Source: Rotaria sp. (Eukaryota). From it: DNA of 64,000 bases. The position numbers were made by a program, and so were the translations under genes. Within the stretch, counting starts at the first letter, position 1; each line of letters opens with the position of its first letter. Positions 35,701-49,189 of this stretch are shown here, piece by piece. The notes under the pieces were generated by a model. That model worked only from the letters and a program-made list of their open reading frames with translations, was not told where the DNA came from and made no database searches. The DNA lies in contig CAJNOF010000004.1 in assembly GCA_905250055.1 (NCBI GenBank), positions 839,250 to 903,249 of the forward strand, written 5' to 3'.

Positions 35701-38700
35701 GTGTTTTGACTGATGAAGGAACTCTTCGAGCTCATAATCACCATTTGGGCTCATATTGAGTTCAAAAAGCGATCTCAGTAAGATAAGAAAGCTCCTACAA
35801 GGGTTCACATATAAGGATCTCTAGAGCTTAGTTACTGAGCTTTCGATTCAGGTTTAGGCATATTTATTGAAAAATTAAATAACAGTATTTCGACCGATCA
35901 TTTTGTCTACAACCACATTTAATGACTTGTAGAAAGTCTTGAAAGTTTTAGCCAAAAATATGCTACTTTGTCGAAATACTGAATTTCGTAAAAATGATCT
36001 TTCACTATAGATATTATACAAAAATCAAGTTTACTTAAAAATTCAATATCTTGGCAAAGGAACATGCTTCTTGGCTGAAACTTTCAGGACATTATATTAG
36101 TCATTCATCCTGTTTATGGCCGAAATTTAAGGTCAACATACAGTTATGTGGTTTTTCCGTAAATATCTAAAGCTAGATCGAAAATTTAGTTAAACGGTCA
36201 TAATTCGATTCCAGAGGATGATTGGCACGAGGTCTTTTAGGATTTTGCATGTCTTACAGAGATCTCTTTTTGAACCCACGATGATCTCGAACATCGAATA
36301 ATAATTCAGATAGTGCCCTCATGAGATGGGTTGTATAAAAACAAAATATTCATCAAATAGAAGAATTTCAAGTAATGAAAAAGAATGATTTTCTCATTAA
36401 ACTATGTATGCTCATTTTCTTGATTATTAAAATTTGTACCAACATACAGCGACTACAAGAATGGATCATTCAGAATCAGTTTCGATTTTTTTTCGGTAAT
36501 TTGGTAACTGGTTTTTGAAATCACACTGAGAGCTTTATTTTCTTTATATCTTTTATAGAAAAGAAATTTTCCAATCTAAGTTCCTATTTCGATTCTTTAT
36601 GCTAGTTACCACATTACGAGAAAAAACCGAAATTAAATCTATATGATCAACTTTGGAAGCCACTGTATGTTTGATATACATTTAGATTTAGTCTTCACTG
36701 GAAAAATGAGTAGCTATACTCAAAAAAAAGAAGAGATAAAAGTACTTTATTGCTATAATAGTTGTCTAAACCTATTATCTAAAAAATATTACTCTGACAA
36801 ATGTATGACGGATCAAATCACTGAGGAAATTTGAGATTTTCATCTCACGTATTCGCCTCATCATTTATATTATCAACAAATGTTACTTATGAATATGGTA
36901 AAGCTTACTATTTGTTCATCGATGCCTATATTTGAATACTCCATTTGTGATTGCTGTTGCTGAATCATGCGATTCATCATTCGGCGGTCTTTTTTGCTCA
37001 TTGTTTCAGTCATCATAGATAATTGCTGCATCATCATTGTTTCTTGTGCGGACGGAATTCTCTCTTGATGATCATAAAGTTTTTTAAGTTCTGCAATAAA
37101 TGTTTCCGGCTTATCGATAGTGCCTAGATAAATGCTTACGTTAAATAAACATCTTAACAATTCATCATCACGAAGTTGTGTTAGCATTGCAAAGAGTATT
37201 GATTGTTGAGGTATGAAATTCAAATACTTATCCACAATTGATATGAGATAATTGAATACAGCAGTCGGTGTTTTTTTCTTATTAAATGATGAAAGTTCTA
37301 ATTCATCATGCATTTTTTCTTTGAATTCAGTCAAATGTGTACGAACATCCTCAATAAGATCGTTTTTTGATTGTTCTTTTGCTTGCTGCATGTGCGACTC
37401 TTGATCTCGTCGTAGAGTATTGGTCACCTATGAAGAAAGAAAGAATTTTAACAGCTAATACAATGGGTATCATTAAGGTCTAAATTACCTGCACTAGATA
37501 TGGAAATGACTTGCAAAAAAGGCCTAATTCTTCACGTGATTGAAGGTTATGTTCTTCTACGAGATGATCGATAAATGCATCAAATGGAATTAATCGCTGA
37601 TGTCGATGTGCTTTTTGAAAGTCGATGAAACTTTTAATAACTTGCCCAGTGGTTATTTCAGGAATGGATTGATCAGGATTAGTTGGTTGATAATTAAATA
37701 TTCGTTGCACTTCTGGATTTTTCTCGAGTGGACCTAATCGAAGATCGTCGTATTTTTCCACTTCCAAGAATCTAGCAAGAAGTGATTCTAGATCATTTAG
37801 TGTACATAAATTAAATATCTGTTCAAAAACATGCATGTAAAACGTCACACTCTTTTGTCGATCAGTAAGTTTCATAAATGCATCAAACCTTGATGCTTGA
37901 ACTCTTAAATCATGCCAAGAGTTAACTTTATAATAATGAAATAATTCCCATTGCACTCGTTCACGCGATACAAATTCTTTGCTTTTCTGAATCATTAAAA
38001 TAATCTCACATATTTTTTTATAAATTTCATTTTCACGGGCTGTCAAAGGTTGTGGTGGCGGTGTTGACGATAATAAATTGTTATCTAAGAACGGAATAAA
38101 AGGAATTCATATGCTAGTTTCCTTCATTCAAATAGATTTGATCCAATATGAAGACATTTACCTGTAGTTATGGTCGAATTCATAACGACTGATTCCATCA
38201 TCGTTTCTGATGTTGATATATTATTTGGTGAGGTCGATACTAATTGTTTTGATTTAGTTGCTGGGATTTTTTCTCTCGCACTGGATCTTTTGACAATTGT
38301 AGTTTGTAATGGTAATTGAGTAGATGGCATTAGTGGCTGCAAATTATGGCTGATCATCCTAATTTCTGATTGCCAATTATTGTCTAAAAAAAACAAAGGA
38401 AAACATTAAAAAAACTTTTCATCAAAAACATGATTACTTGGTGCAAATGGTTGTTGTACATGTATACTTGATATCATGGGCTGCTCCTAATACAAATTTC
38501 AAGTGATACATTAAATAAAATATTAATAATAAGATGAATACTTTAGTCAGAGATAAAGCAGCAGCAGCAGCAGTTTGTTGAGGTGTTGATATATTAAATG
38601 CTGAGAGACCTGTGTGGAAAGAAGGTGGTTCCATTCTAAATTGTTCACTATTTACTGTTGTTGTTGTCTGAGTTGGATTTTGCTTGGGTTTTCGTTTCTT

Positions 38701-38751
38701 AATAGAATTTTTATTATTTTGTTGGTTGTTGGGCGGAGTTGCATTGTCCAT
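26052..38751 (-). CDS. Giant multi-exon gene (~12.7 kb, at least 14 exons, ~2,500-2,700 aa) with sacsin/NO VEIN-like architecture: an N-terminal basic region, a histidine-kinase-like ATPase (HATPase_c, sacsin-type) module and a C-terminal DUF3883 domain. Approximate ORF-supported exon blocks: 38434-38751, 38124-38396, 37480-38090, 36880-37427, 34994-35607, 34155-34935, 32192-33170, 31926-32138, 31411-31929, 30777-31055, 29640-30695, 28521-29075, 28213-28569, 27131-28096, 26052-26765.
   Basis: The ATG at 38751 opens MDNATPPNNQQNNKNSIKKRKPKQNPTQ (NLS-like). Verified splice joins have compatible phases: …NSTITT(g)|gtaaatg → ttcttag|(at)AACAATTTA…; FPYLVQ|gtaatt → catag|GTGACCAATACT; …GIDEQI|gtaagc → ttttag|CCAATAACA…; …NITA(g)|gtaggt → ttatttttaag|(cc)AACGCTGCTCTAATG…, which lands in the frame of the HATPase exon. 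The HATPase exon has …GHFVLELIQNADDNQYT…GYAGHKGIGFKSVFMISHRPEI. The last exon has GRQGEEFVFRYLKWKYPHEEIKWINQQGESGGPYDIHMIIKTENHREEFIEVKTTRSYDQNTFPVSIGEVEYLLQHPSNYYIYRVYY, matching the DUF3883 consensus as remembered. Confidence 0.6.
32192..33170 (-). CDS. Exon of the giant gene encoding the sacsin/NOV-type HATPase_c module.
   Basis: LELIQNADDN (Bergerat-fold N-box as in sacsin SRR, MORC, Hsp90) and GIGFKSVF (G-box). Confidence 0.65.
35700..36340. repeat. MITE-like element inside an intron of the giant gene, flanked by ~30-bp inverted repeats.
   Basis: gttcaaaaagcgatctcagtaagataag at ~35741 versus the reverse complement of gagatctctttttgaac…cttacagagatc at ~36250 (gttcaaaaagagatctctgtaagacatg). 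The interior is GC-richer than its surroundings. Confidence 0.3.
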
Positions 38752-41700
38752 GTTAGACAATAACGTCTGAAAAAAACGATCAAATGAAAACAACAAACGA
38801 GAAAGTGAAAGTCGACGGCTTATCTGAAGTGTTGTTTTTTGTTAGTCACCTTTGTGGGAAAAATGCCCAGTGATGACTCACACTCTATTAGATGTTGGCG
38901 ACAAAAATAACACCATATTATATAATGAGGCTATTTTCATAAAACGAAAGTAGTTGATGTGAGTTTTAAGTCATTATAATATTGTCTTTCATAATTTGAT
39001 ATAATTTTACAGACCTCTGAATTATCATGAATAAAAACAAACAAAATTCACGCAATTCTCAGCTACAAAGGAAATTGAATGTTCAAAAGTTTAATATCAT
39101 ATATAAAAATCTCTATCTATGATTGTTCCATGATGATGTGATATTCGATGATGAGTATGATAGAAAATGAATGGTTATAGTATATGGTTTCAATAAATCT
39201 CTCTTGGCCTTCTTTTTATAATACAGAACGAAATTCAAAACAGTCAAAAATTGATTTTGATCTAAGGAGAGAACCTGCCAAATTGTCAAATCATCTCTCG
39301 ATCAAGACAATGTTCATTTGATGAGTGTTAGAGGGTAATAAAAAAGTCTAGAATGGTTTGGGTCTTTCTTCCAGGAATATAGAAAATTTACTGGGCTTTT
39401 CAACAAAAAAATTTTTTTAGTTGATTGTGCTGCCAGCATTTACTTTCTGGAAATGTAAATATACGAACAAAATTTGCTTTTAAATTATAAGAGAGCTTTG
39501 AATACTCGATATCTTAGGATAGGAGAAAATACTCTAATGAATGTAATGAATTCGAGGCACCCGAAAAAGAACCTTGCTACTAGCATGCCACACGAACTTT
39601 ATGGTACTGAAGTACTCTAAAGAACTTTTCGATACTTGTGTAGTACTGAGATGGGTAGTCTGCTGAAGCCGTATCTAGTAAATAAGTACCTCAAGTTACT
39701 GGTCAGATACTCACTTGGATATTAGTGCGCAGTACTTCTAGGCACTCTGCTAGAAAAGTCTCAGTATGCTCGGTATCAAACCTGCCTCTGACTTTTTTCG
39801 CATTGCGCTTTCCTACTGCACTAATTCTCAGAAGTAAAAATCTTATGATTTATTATTTTAGTTTTCTTTTTATGAAAAACATCACGAATGTGTCTTCTTG
39901 AGGCAGTAGTATAAAAAAATTCATAAAGATGTAGAAATTTCGACATTGTTGTTTCGATATATCAGATTATATATAATTCAGAACGATTGAAGATAAATCT
40001 GAAATTAGAAAATAGTAGCTAAATAGAAAAAGTTACACTTGTCGAATCATACTATTGAATAAATCTTTCGATGAATAATAAGTCAATAATTTACAACAGT
40101 TTAACGAAACAATTAACTAAAATTACAAAAACTTGATAATTATCCCATAGGAATTATCCATTGATAATGAATTATCAGCATACCTTGTACACTGATAATT
40201 TACATCGCTTTTAAAATATAATTCATCGAAATCAGCAGTACCGTCTTCAAACTGCCATGATGTATAAGTAGCATTGTTTCGTTACTCTAAAGCCGGACTC
40301 CTGGTTCAAAACGTAGCTTATGTGCATGATTATCCATTAATCAATAATGAAATTTTATCGAATTAATTATATCATATTTCTATAGAACGCATCAGAATCA
40401 AAAATTTTAACAATATTTCTGAAAAAATAGAATAGCTCAAAATAAGATAATATTCATATTTCTCAATATAAATTTGATATTCCAGTTTGATTAGGAAAAC
40501 TTCGGAAGAAATGCATTAAAAATCTGAAAAAGGGAAAGGTATCAATTTATTTTTCTCCTGTAGCAATAAGCTCTTCCGCTTTGTTAGATAGTGTCAATTA
40601 ATAAAATAGTGATTAAATACTTATATTTCGTGGAACACCATAGCTGTGCTAATTTGTATTATCACTTTAAAATTCTCTCCATATTTATTACAATAAAAAT
40701 AAATAAATCAGAACGCTTTTGACTATTTCTCTATCAATAAATGGCAATCATCTTTATTAGTAAAAATTGTCAGGCGCCATTACATACGAACCAACGCCTC
40801 AATTTGTTTAATTTATGTCTGAACATCAAAAATATCTTCATGCAAAAGCTAATATAAACAATCTGAAATGTCTTTGGATTCATAGCAATCGATTTAGCTA
40901 ATGTGCATTGCTGTGTTTTTGCAATACACTGCATCATATAGAGACTATTAAGGTACTCTAATTGATTTTCGTCAGTATATTGAGTTGTATATGTACCCAT
41001 TCAAATTCTTCCTCAGTACGTGTACCGTTATGACTACTTTAAAAAGTATCTAAATCAGTGTAATTACTAGGAATTTTGAAATAAGGTTAAAACTGATTCA
41101 ATGCTCTGATTTTATTGATAACTTTGTTCCTGCAAACTTTGAATTCGAAACTCGAAGGTCGATTTTCCACGTAATCGAAAGCGGACTGTAGCTTTTTTTT
41201 TGAAAAACTCAGTGAATTTTCGATATTTCAAGAACGAAGGACCGAAAAATCAATTTATTCTAAACTTTTGTATAATCCATTAGTACTCGTCAAATGAATA
41301 TCATCTAGGTCGAAAAGCAATTTGATATCTGGAGAGATTCCTTCATGAATAGAAGCTCCTATATGATGCATACTGTCAATGTATGTAATTATGTTATTAT
41401 TGTTAAATTTTATTTTACTATTCTTTCATTAAAAGAGACTCATTGTTTGCATACAATATTCATTTCGTATTTTCCAATAAAAAAGAAACATGAAATTTAT
41501 TGTTGATCAAGTTATAAACTGGTTTCTTGATGAAATCTCTTGAAAGATAAGCAGGCCTTCAAAATTCGTTCGAAACATCTCAGTATTCGCATGTATATTT
41601 AGTCATAAGAACAGAAACATTTTCGAAAATTTTCTACACCACCTATCGGGTAGAGCGTTTGACACTGATGATTTTGGCAAAAAATTGTATTTCGCTTAAG

Positions 41701-42798
41701 GGTACTGTTTCACTTTAGTGTATTTTATCATTTTTACTCTAACTTCGTCATTTTGAATGAAAAATTGAGGCTTTTCACTAAAATGATCAGCATCAAAGGT
41801 TCTATATAGTAAGTGATGCAGAAAATTTTCGAAGACTGCTGCTTTTATGGCTGAGCGCGCATGAGAATATCAGGATGTTCCTAGACAAGGGTCTGGATCT
41901 TTTACAATTTACACACTCAAGTCTCGATTTTTACGTGGGCAAAGATGTATTTTGGTCACTTCCAATCTAATCAGCACGAAAAAAAAATAGAAAAGAAAAC
42001 TTTTCTTCATAAAGTGGAATTTTTCTCATACATATATTCAAATACGATTCAATTAAAATCATTCGCAGCAAAATTGTATTTATTTATAAGAAAAATCAAC
42101 TATTTGTCATTGAAATATCCATAAAAGACTAATAACTTAATCTAGGAATCCAACGGTGACCATACATTGATCTTATGTGCAGCTTTGTAGTGATCTAAAC
42201 ATGTATATATAACCTTACGGCGCACGCATAATAACACTATAGTTGTCTTGAATTAATTTCGATTTATTCGATCGGGAAAGCCATTTAAAAAAACTAGCTG
42301 AATTTTATGGACTAAAAATTTTCAGGATCCAGAAATCCAAATCTTTAGGAGGTTTATCGAGTTCAATTTTCTCATTCGAAAAAGACTTCGTTCTTACAGT
42401 TCAATAATGTTCTATAAAACTTAGCTATTTTTTTTTGAAATAGATCTCCTGCAATCGAAAAAATCTAAAATTACTGTAGTTTTATCATGTGTTCATCGTT
42501 CTTCTATATATGCATCTCTAGTCAAGTCGAGTTAGATGCCTCATAGATCTTTTCTCGATAACATTTATAATGAATTTAGAAAAGAACTTGTGAAATATTC
42601 AAAACAGATACATTTCTAATTTGATAATTTTAGACAAGCTGTATCTTGATTGAAATATAATGTCGATCGGTTACTTAAAAAGATAATAGAGCTCAATTTG
42701 ATAATTAGTTAAAATTTTATTGTCAGTAATTTATTAGAAAAACACCGTTATTACAATACACACTTTTCTCTCTTTTGTTTCACTACATATTATACATA

Positions 42799-45700
42799 TT
42801 ATCTATGTACATGAGGATAGATATACATGTCTGTATTTTGTATATGATTACCACATCGACAAGTAGAAGTAGGTACAAAAAGTGTTTCATTATTGCAATA
42901 ACGCATAATATTATTATCTGTTGTTATTGATGTTTGATCTTGTTGATTCGAAAGCAGACATTGTTGTAAGTGTTGTAATTCAGATGGAGAAGAATGTGTG
43001 ATACAATCACGACGATCAGGTGTATTTTGAGTTGGATAAAGTAATCGATTAGCCCATACAAGAATAGCAGCACATTGATGTTGTTGTGAAGTTGGTGTTG
43101 AATAACCTGTTGTTGTTGTTGTTGTTGTAGCATATTGATAGTCATGTGTATTTGTTGTTGGCGTATGAATTACATGACTTGTTGGATGACAACAAAAATG
43201 ATGACGAAATGTTGTTGTTGGATGTGGTGGTAGAGCTGGAGCTTTGGAAACATTTGACTTTTTTTCATTGTATAAAAATGGCTGTTCACTATCTGATGAT
43301 AGTGATGGTAATTGTTCATAGAGGCTATCATTGGTTCCTATAATACCATGATTATCAGTAGTTTTAGTCAATGGTTGATGCAATCTCGTATGATAATAAT
43401 AATGATGAGAACGTTGACGTCGAAGTTCAGCCGTTAAATGACGACGAAGTTTACGTCGACAAATAGCCAATGTAATCAGTAACATAAGAAACAGTAAAAC
43501 AAATAATAGAAGAAAAAAGAGAATTATAATAAGAGTTTGTTTATGTTGAATAAATGGTACATGTCGAATAACTGTCAATGCAGTAGACGGTATAAATGTA
43601 GTACATTCTCGTTGATATATAGATGAAATAAATTGAAATTGAGAATTATGTGTTGGACGATTCGTAGTAGGCATTAAAATAGATAAAAGTGTAGTACTTG
43701 ATGGTGTTACTGGAGAAAAAAAAATAAAACATTAATTGAACAATATAGAAATGATTCAACTTTCTTAACCAACCTGAAAATTTTTGTGTAACACGTGAAA
43801 GACGAACTATATTATCATTACTATTAGAAACAATCGCCCATCCATTACTTATTTGTTCTTTGTTATTAATTTGATCTTTTGATAGAATAATATGTTGTAA
43901 ATATTTTAAACATCCAAATAATTCATTTATAAATGGAAGTATTCGAATTAAACGTGTATTTTGACTAAGATTTAATTCATATAAATTTGATGCTGCACAA
44001 AATGTTTCATTTGTTATGTTTTGTAAATTATTTTTTGCTAAATTTAATTTTATTAATGATGTTTTACCAACGAATACGAATGGTTTTATATATTCAATAT
44101 TATTTTCTTCATAGTTAAGTTCAGTGATTGTTTGTGGTAAAAGTATATGGATATTTGATAAATTCGTTTGTGAACATTTAACAATATGACGTGTCCATTG
44201 AACATCATGTGAACATGAACAATCTGAAGGGCATACAGAATGACAATCACATGCTTCAAAGTCACAACATGAACAATCAGATGAACAATGACGTGAATAT
44301 GAACATAAAAGATCATTATGAGACATATCCATAATCGAATGTGAATGGCATTGAAGTAAATGTAAATCAGTAATAATTATAGAGGATGAAGATAAATCAA
44401 GCATAGCACTAAGCCAACAATCACATTTCAACGGATTACCATATAAAGAAAGTTGAAGAGTACGATCGATTGTTACCTAGATAAAAAAAAGAAAAGAAAA
44501 CCAATTGATTAAATTAAAAAATTCGATAGTCGTGGAAAAAATTTATAGAGCAATTGTAATTTTCAGTTTTTTTCTCGATAGGAATACCTAAGAAGAATCT
44601 GAAAAAATATTTAAGTAGTTAAAAGAATTTTCTAACAGGATCTATAATTAGACTTAAAGTTGTCAATGAAAATATTTTGATGACGATGTCTGAGGCAAAT
44701 CAAAACCTTATCAAAACTGCTTTTCCAGCATCCCTTGGAAGCTTTCTTGAAATAGTTTTTATGATAGAGCACAATGAGATATCGCGACTCTCTCTGTGAT
44801 GTTTTTTTATCGAAATACATACATTTTTCAGAAGAACCGAGAAACATTTTTCTTTTATTTTTATGAAAAATTTCAAAGATTTCTCTGTGCCTGATGCTTC
44901 GAAGCCATCTATAAATTAAATGCAATTCGATGAAGAATCATGAAGAAAGACAAGTCATCTCATTTTCCTTTGTCAAATAAAACTATTAGCAAAAATTTTC
45001 AAACGAATGCCAAAAAAATGATTTGAAGAAGATCTTGGTTTTCCAAGTATCTTCATTCAAGCAGTTTTTTTTTGAATTTTTTAGGTTGACACACCATAAA
45101 TTATCCTTAGGAAGTCTTAGCTTTCTTAAGGGTATCCCTCTTGTCTTTTGGATCACTTCTAGTTCTCTACGAAAGTGTAACAGATCGAGCTCAAATTTTT
45201 GCCATAGCCAAATTATCAAAAATAATAAAATCCATGTTCGAGGAAAAATTCTAAAAGTAAATCTTTAGAGTTTCATTGAATCTGCTGACGACTTCGGTTC
45301 TAATTTGTCAAATCGAGGTCGTAAGTAGATCCAATGGTTTTTTCTAGCCGTTCAAAAACTTCTGAAGATCTGCTTTTAAACTTTTTGCCTCGCACATCTG
45401 TTTCATCATTCTCTGTAATCTAGTTGTGGTAATAGTTTGAGCTTGACATGTTTTACTCTCACGAGCAAACAGAAGTGGTCCAAAAGAGGGTGGAGGATGC
45501 CCTTAATGCAAACGTATATATTATTTTTTTTCATAAAGAATTACATAATTTTCACAGTATTCGATTCATAATGAGTGAACAAGTGTATATTTTCATATTT
45601 CGCAAGAGTAAAAAAAAACAAGATTTTATAGATAATTTTCTTTTTTACGTACTTGATCATGATAATCATAAACTGATGATTGATTAATATTTAATTTATC

Positions 45701-46492
45701 TTTAAAAATTTCTAATGATTGTATTTGATTAAATGTAAGATCAAGTGTATGTAATTGTCGATGTAACCAGTTACTTTCAATATATGTCAAACTATTGTTT
45801 GATAAATTGAGATATTCAAGTTGTATATTTTCATTCAAAGAAGGCAAATCCTCAAGTTGATTGTCAACTAATGATAAATGAGTTAATTTTGTTAATGATA
45901 TTAACAATGGTAATATTGAAGATTCTAATAGATTACAATCGGTTAAATCAAGTTGTGTTAAATGAGGTGGTAAATATGAAATTTGCATTTTTTTATTATG
46001 GCGAAGACTAAGACCAATAAGTCGTTGTTGTACACGATTATTACCAAAATTAATATGAATTAAATTTGGATTTGAATCAAGATAAAGATATTTAAGATTT
46101 GATGGTAATGGAAATGAAAGAGTAAATGTTGACAATGAATTATAACTTAAATCAAGTATTTCAACTGATGATGGTAATGAAAATGGTAATTGATCAATTG
46201 CAGACAATTGACATGAATGTATTTTAAATGTTTGCATTGTATGATTTGACGACAATGATAATGGTGGTAGACTTTTAATTGCTAACGTATGTGTAATACA
46301 TTGTAGTTTTTCATTTTGACGATTTATATATTCAACTGTAATTGTACACTGTTCAGCAAATTGATCATTCGAAAAAAGAAAATATTTTTTTTTATCAATA
46401 GAATTCTTATTCATAGTACAATTCCAATCCAATGATAGACTATCGTCAATAAAAAGCAATATGAATAAAATCAATTGGAATATTTTCAGCAT
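42799..46492 (-). CDS. Leucine-rich-repeat transmembrane receptor-like protein: signal peptide, LRR block 1, LRRCT plus cysteine cluster plus LRRNT, LRR block 2, one TM helix and a low-complexity cytoplasmic tail. Three exons: 45660-46492, ~43768-44470 and 42799-~43712.
   Basis: The ATG at 46492 gives MLKIFQLILFILLFIDDSLS (signal). LRRs include LDLSYNSLSTF, LYLDSNPNL, LSLVDNQLEDL, LNLSNNSLTYI and LDLTFNQIQSL. The donor caa|gtacgt at ~45660 pairs with the acceptor ttatctag|GTAACAATC. Exon 2 reads …LYGNPLKCDCWLSAM… (LRRCT), then CSSDCSCCDFEACDCHSVCPSDCSCSHDVQWTRHIVKCSQTNLSNI (LRRNT-like), then more LRRs. Exon 3 gives TM LIIILFFLLLFVLLFLMLLITLAICRRKLRRH and a T/H/Q-rich tail to the stop at 42799. 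Confidence 0.7.
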
Positions 46493-46763
46493 TATTATTA
46501 TCTGAAATATATATGTAATATAAATTCTATGAAACGGAAGTTACGCTTTCACCTAAATACAAAGAATGAAATGAGAAGAAAAAAAAAGTTGGCAATTCCT
46601 ATTAAAAGTCTTTGTATATGTTTGAACAATGAAAACGTTGTGTGTTCGCTTACAACAGAGTAATTACACGCGCTGCATGCTTGCACGTCGTCCACATACA
46701 TATACACAATAGCAATATAGATTAATTCAAATAGCCTTACGCAATAGCAGGAAGGATGATAGT

Positions 46764-46786
46764 AGTGATGATGATGATGATGATGA
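46764..46786. repeat. Microsatellite (GAT)n
   Basis: gatgatgatgatgatgatgatg. Confidence 0.6.
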
Positions 46787-47476
46787 AAACATTTTTATTA
46801 ATATGGCCTGAATAGTTCTGTTGTTGTTTGTAGTTATGCTACGTCGTCAATTAGTAGAGCCGGAAGAAAGCACCTTGTCGATAGTGTTAGATTGCATCAC
46901 GCACCAAACATACAAAAGTCGATGATATTGATCGATGGAAAAAGAAGAAAGAAAAAGCGAGAGAAAAGCTCTAACTGACCTTGATCAATACCCTCTTGTT
47001 CTCTTTTTTTTTTGTTTCTTATCTATATAACCCAATCTATGTTAACGGTGTGTGTCGGATGTTCAAAGATTTATCAATCTATCTCTATGCATTGTTACTA
47101 ATCGCAGTAATAGTTAGTGAGTCTAATTTAAGAAGATCTAAATTTTCTTTTTTTTTTCTGTTATTCTAATGAACTATAAATGATGCTTATGATTGTATTC
47201 ATATGTATTGATATGAACGAATGGTATTTTATGAGACTCCTATGATTAAAGAAGCAAACTTGCTGTTTATAAATGTTTGTGTATGTATATATATGTCGAT
47301 AATCAACATATAGCCATCAAAAACTAATCAATACATCAAGCAGAGAGCAAACACAACAATATGAGTTAAAGAATAAACGAGCAAATAGGGAAATGAAGTG
47401 AAAAGACAACGATTCCCTATTGAATAGCAGTCTTTATATTAGACAGAAGAAAATTGAAAGAAAACGTGTGTACTAT

Positions 47477-47496
47477 TGGTGTGTGTGTGTGTGTGT
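47477..47496. repeat. Microsatellite (GT)n
   Basis: gtgtgtgtgtgtgtgtgtgt. Confidence 0.6.
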
Positions 47497-49189
47497 TCAT
47501 AGTTTAATTTTGGATGAGAGCGTGAAGCGTGACCGAGACTGTATTGATGATTAATCTCAAGAGAACAGCTTCATTCGTTTGAAGTCGTATCATTATTAGA
47601 TTGTGCTTTTTGACATATACTTCTCTTTTTCTATTCAAATGACTATTAAGACCTCGATTGTTGTTCGAAGAATGACGATGACGACTTCCGTCTTCACCAT
47701 CTGCTTGACCTCACTCACTCTTCATATTGATACACTATATGTATTTGCCTATAATGCCGACCTATCATCCTTCATTCGTGCAGACGATGCCATTAAATGA
47801 CTATTCACTCACACTTTCTATATGAAGGGCTCGTTCACAACAATTGAAAGAAATAAATTAAATCTAAACTTTTCAATTGTAAAGTGGGCGAGGCGAATGG
47901 TGACTGTGCCTAGCCTTTATAGGGCTACACATATAAGCGACATGCGCAAATGTGTAAACAAACGCACTATGCGACACATATCTAGTCAAGAAAAAAAAGA
48001 AGAAACGAGGGCAACAGACAAAATATTCCAATTCGTTTTGAGTTTTTGCGTGTCGACAGCTGTGTCTGCATATGCTCCAACAAACGATGTTTAAATTACT
48101 CAATTGACACTATATATATATTGATTCGAATGACAGAAAACACGGACATAAATACCCTAGAGTATATGCTATTCTGGTTTTGACTGACATGAATAAGAAA
48201 AGAAAATAATTCGTATCTTTGATCGAATCAATAAGATCTAATTCTTTTTTTTTTGTATTGTATTAGATATATAAGACGATGGTAACCTTGTAAATCAAAA
48301 TTTTTAATCGATGAAAAAAAAGAAATGAATGAGAGCATGATTGACAGTTAATCATATGAAAAAAGACTAAATTGTACATTCAAGAACAAATGATTGTTCT
48401 TTGATCTATTTCAATCGATCGATTTCATTCGAATACATGTATAAGCAGTGATGTGCATCTAACTACTTAGAAAATAATCGCACCTTCTTTTCTTCTCTAT
48501 TACGTGGACATTGCGCACACGCTCTTCACGATTACCTTAGACAGCATACGCACAGAGGGAGGGAGATCATTTCATATTAGATGATCACTCCATCACCAAT
48601 AACTCTATAGAACAAGGCATACATGTATATGTAAATGATTCAAGAGTCTACACACCTACCCACCTGTTCAAACCTTGTTACTGACAACAGTCAGTCAAAT
48701 AAGCGATCGTACTTCAACTGACCTCTTTCTTTCGTTAGTAATTCGATCTGCTGGAAAAAAAACGAGAAGAGAAGAGAGAAAGAGTAACAATGTGTAGCTA
48801 TAGATGTATATGTAATGATTATTGCTATACCTCTCTATTCCCTTCGTCTCGTTTGACAATAATGATGAATTGTGTTAGAAACAAAAGACTGAATAAAACA
48901 GACAAATAAAAAAGAAAAACAAAACATATGTCCAAGAACTATGGACGAACAAACTTACTATATAGTCACATCATCAAATCAATCGTGCAAAAAAGATTGC
49001 GTGCACGTTCACTATTAAAATGTAAATATGTCCACATCATACACTCGCTTGCTTTATAATGTATGTATATTCGTATTATTACTGTGTCGTCGTAGAATGA
49101 CTGACACACAAAGGAAGATGATTTTTTAACATGGTCTCCTTCTCCTCCTTCTTCCGTTCGATCATCGTCTTCCTTCTTTCCTTCTTTCC

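Noticed and set aside
35554-37427. Treating ORF-track start positions 35554 and 37427 as translation starts of separate genes.
   Set aside because: The codons at those positions are TTG and GTG respectively, so the track accepts alternative starts. Both frames continue upstream to AG acceptors whose phases match upstream donors, so these are internal exons of the giant gene.
39500-39830. GC-richer block with recurring AGTACT-containing motifs, considered as a possible snRNA or repeat.
   Set aside because: I could not match it to any snRNA, tRNA or rRNA signature, nor find bounding repeats. It is left as unexplained intergenic sequence, probably an old repeat fragment.
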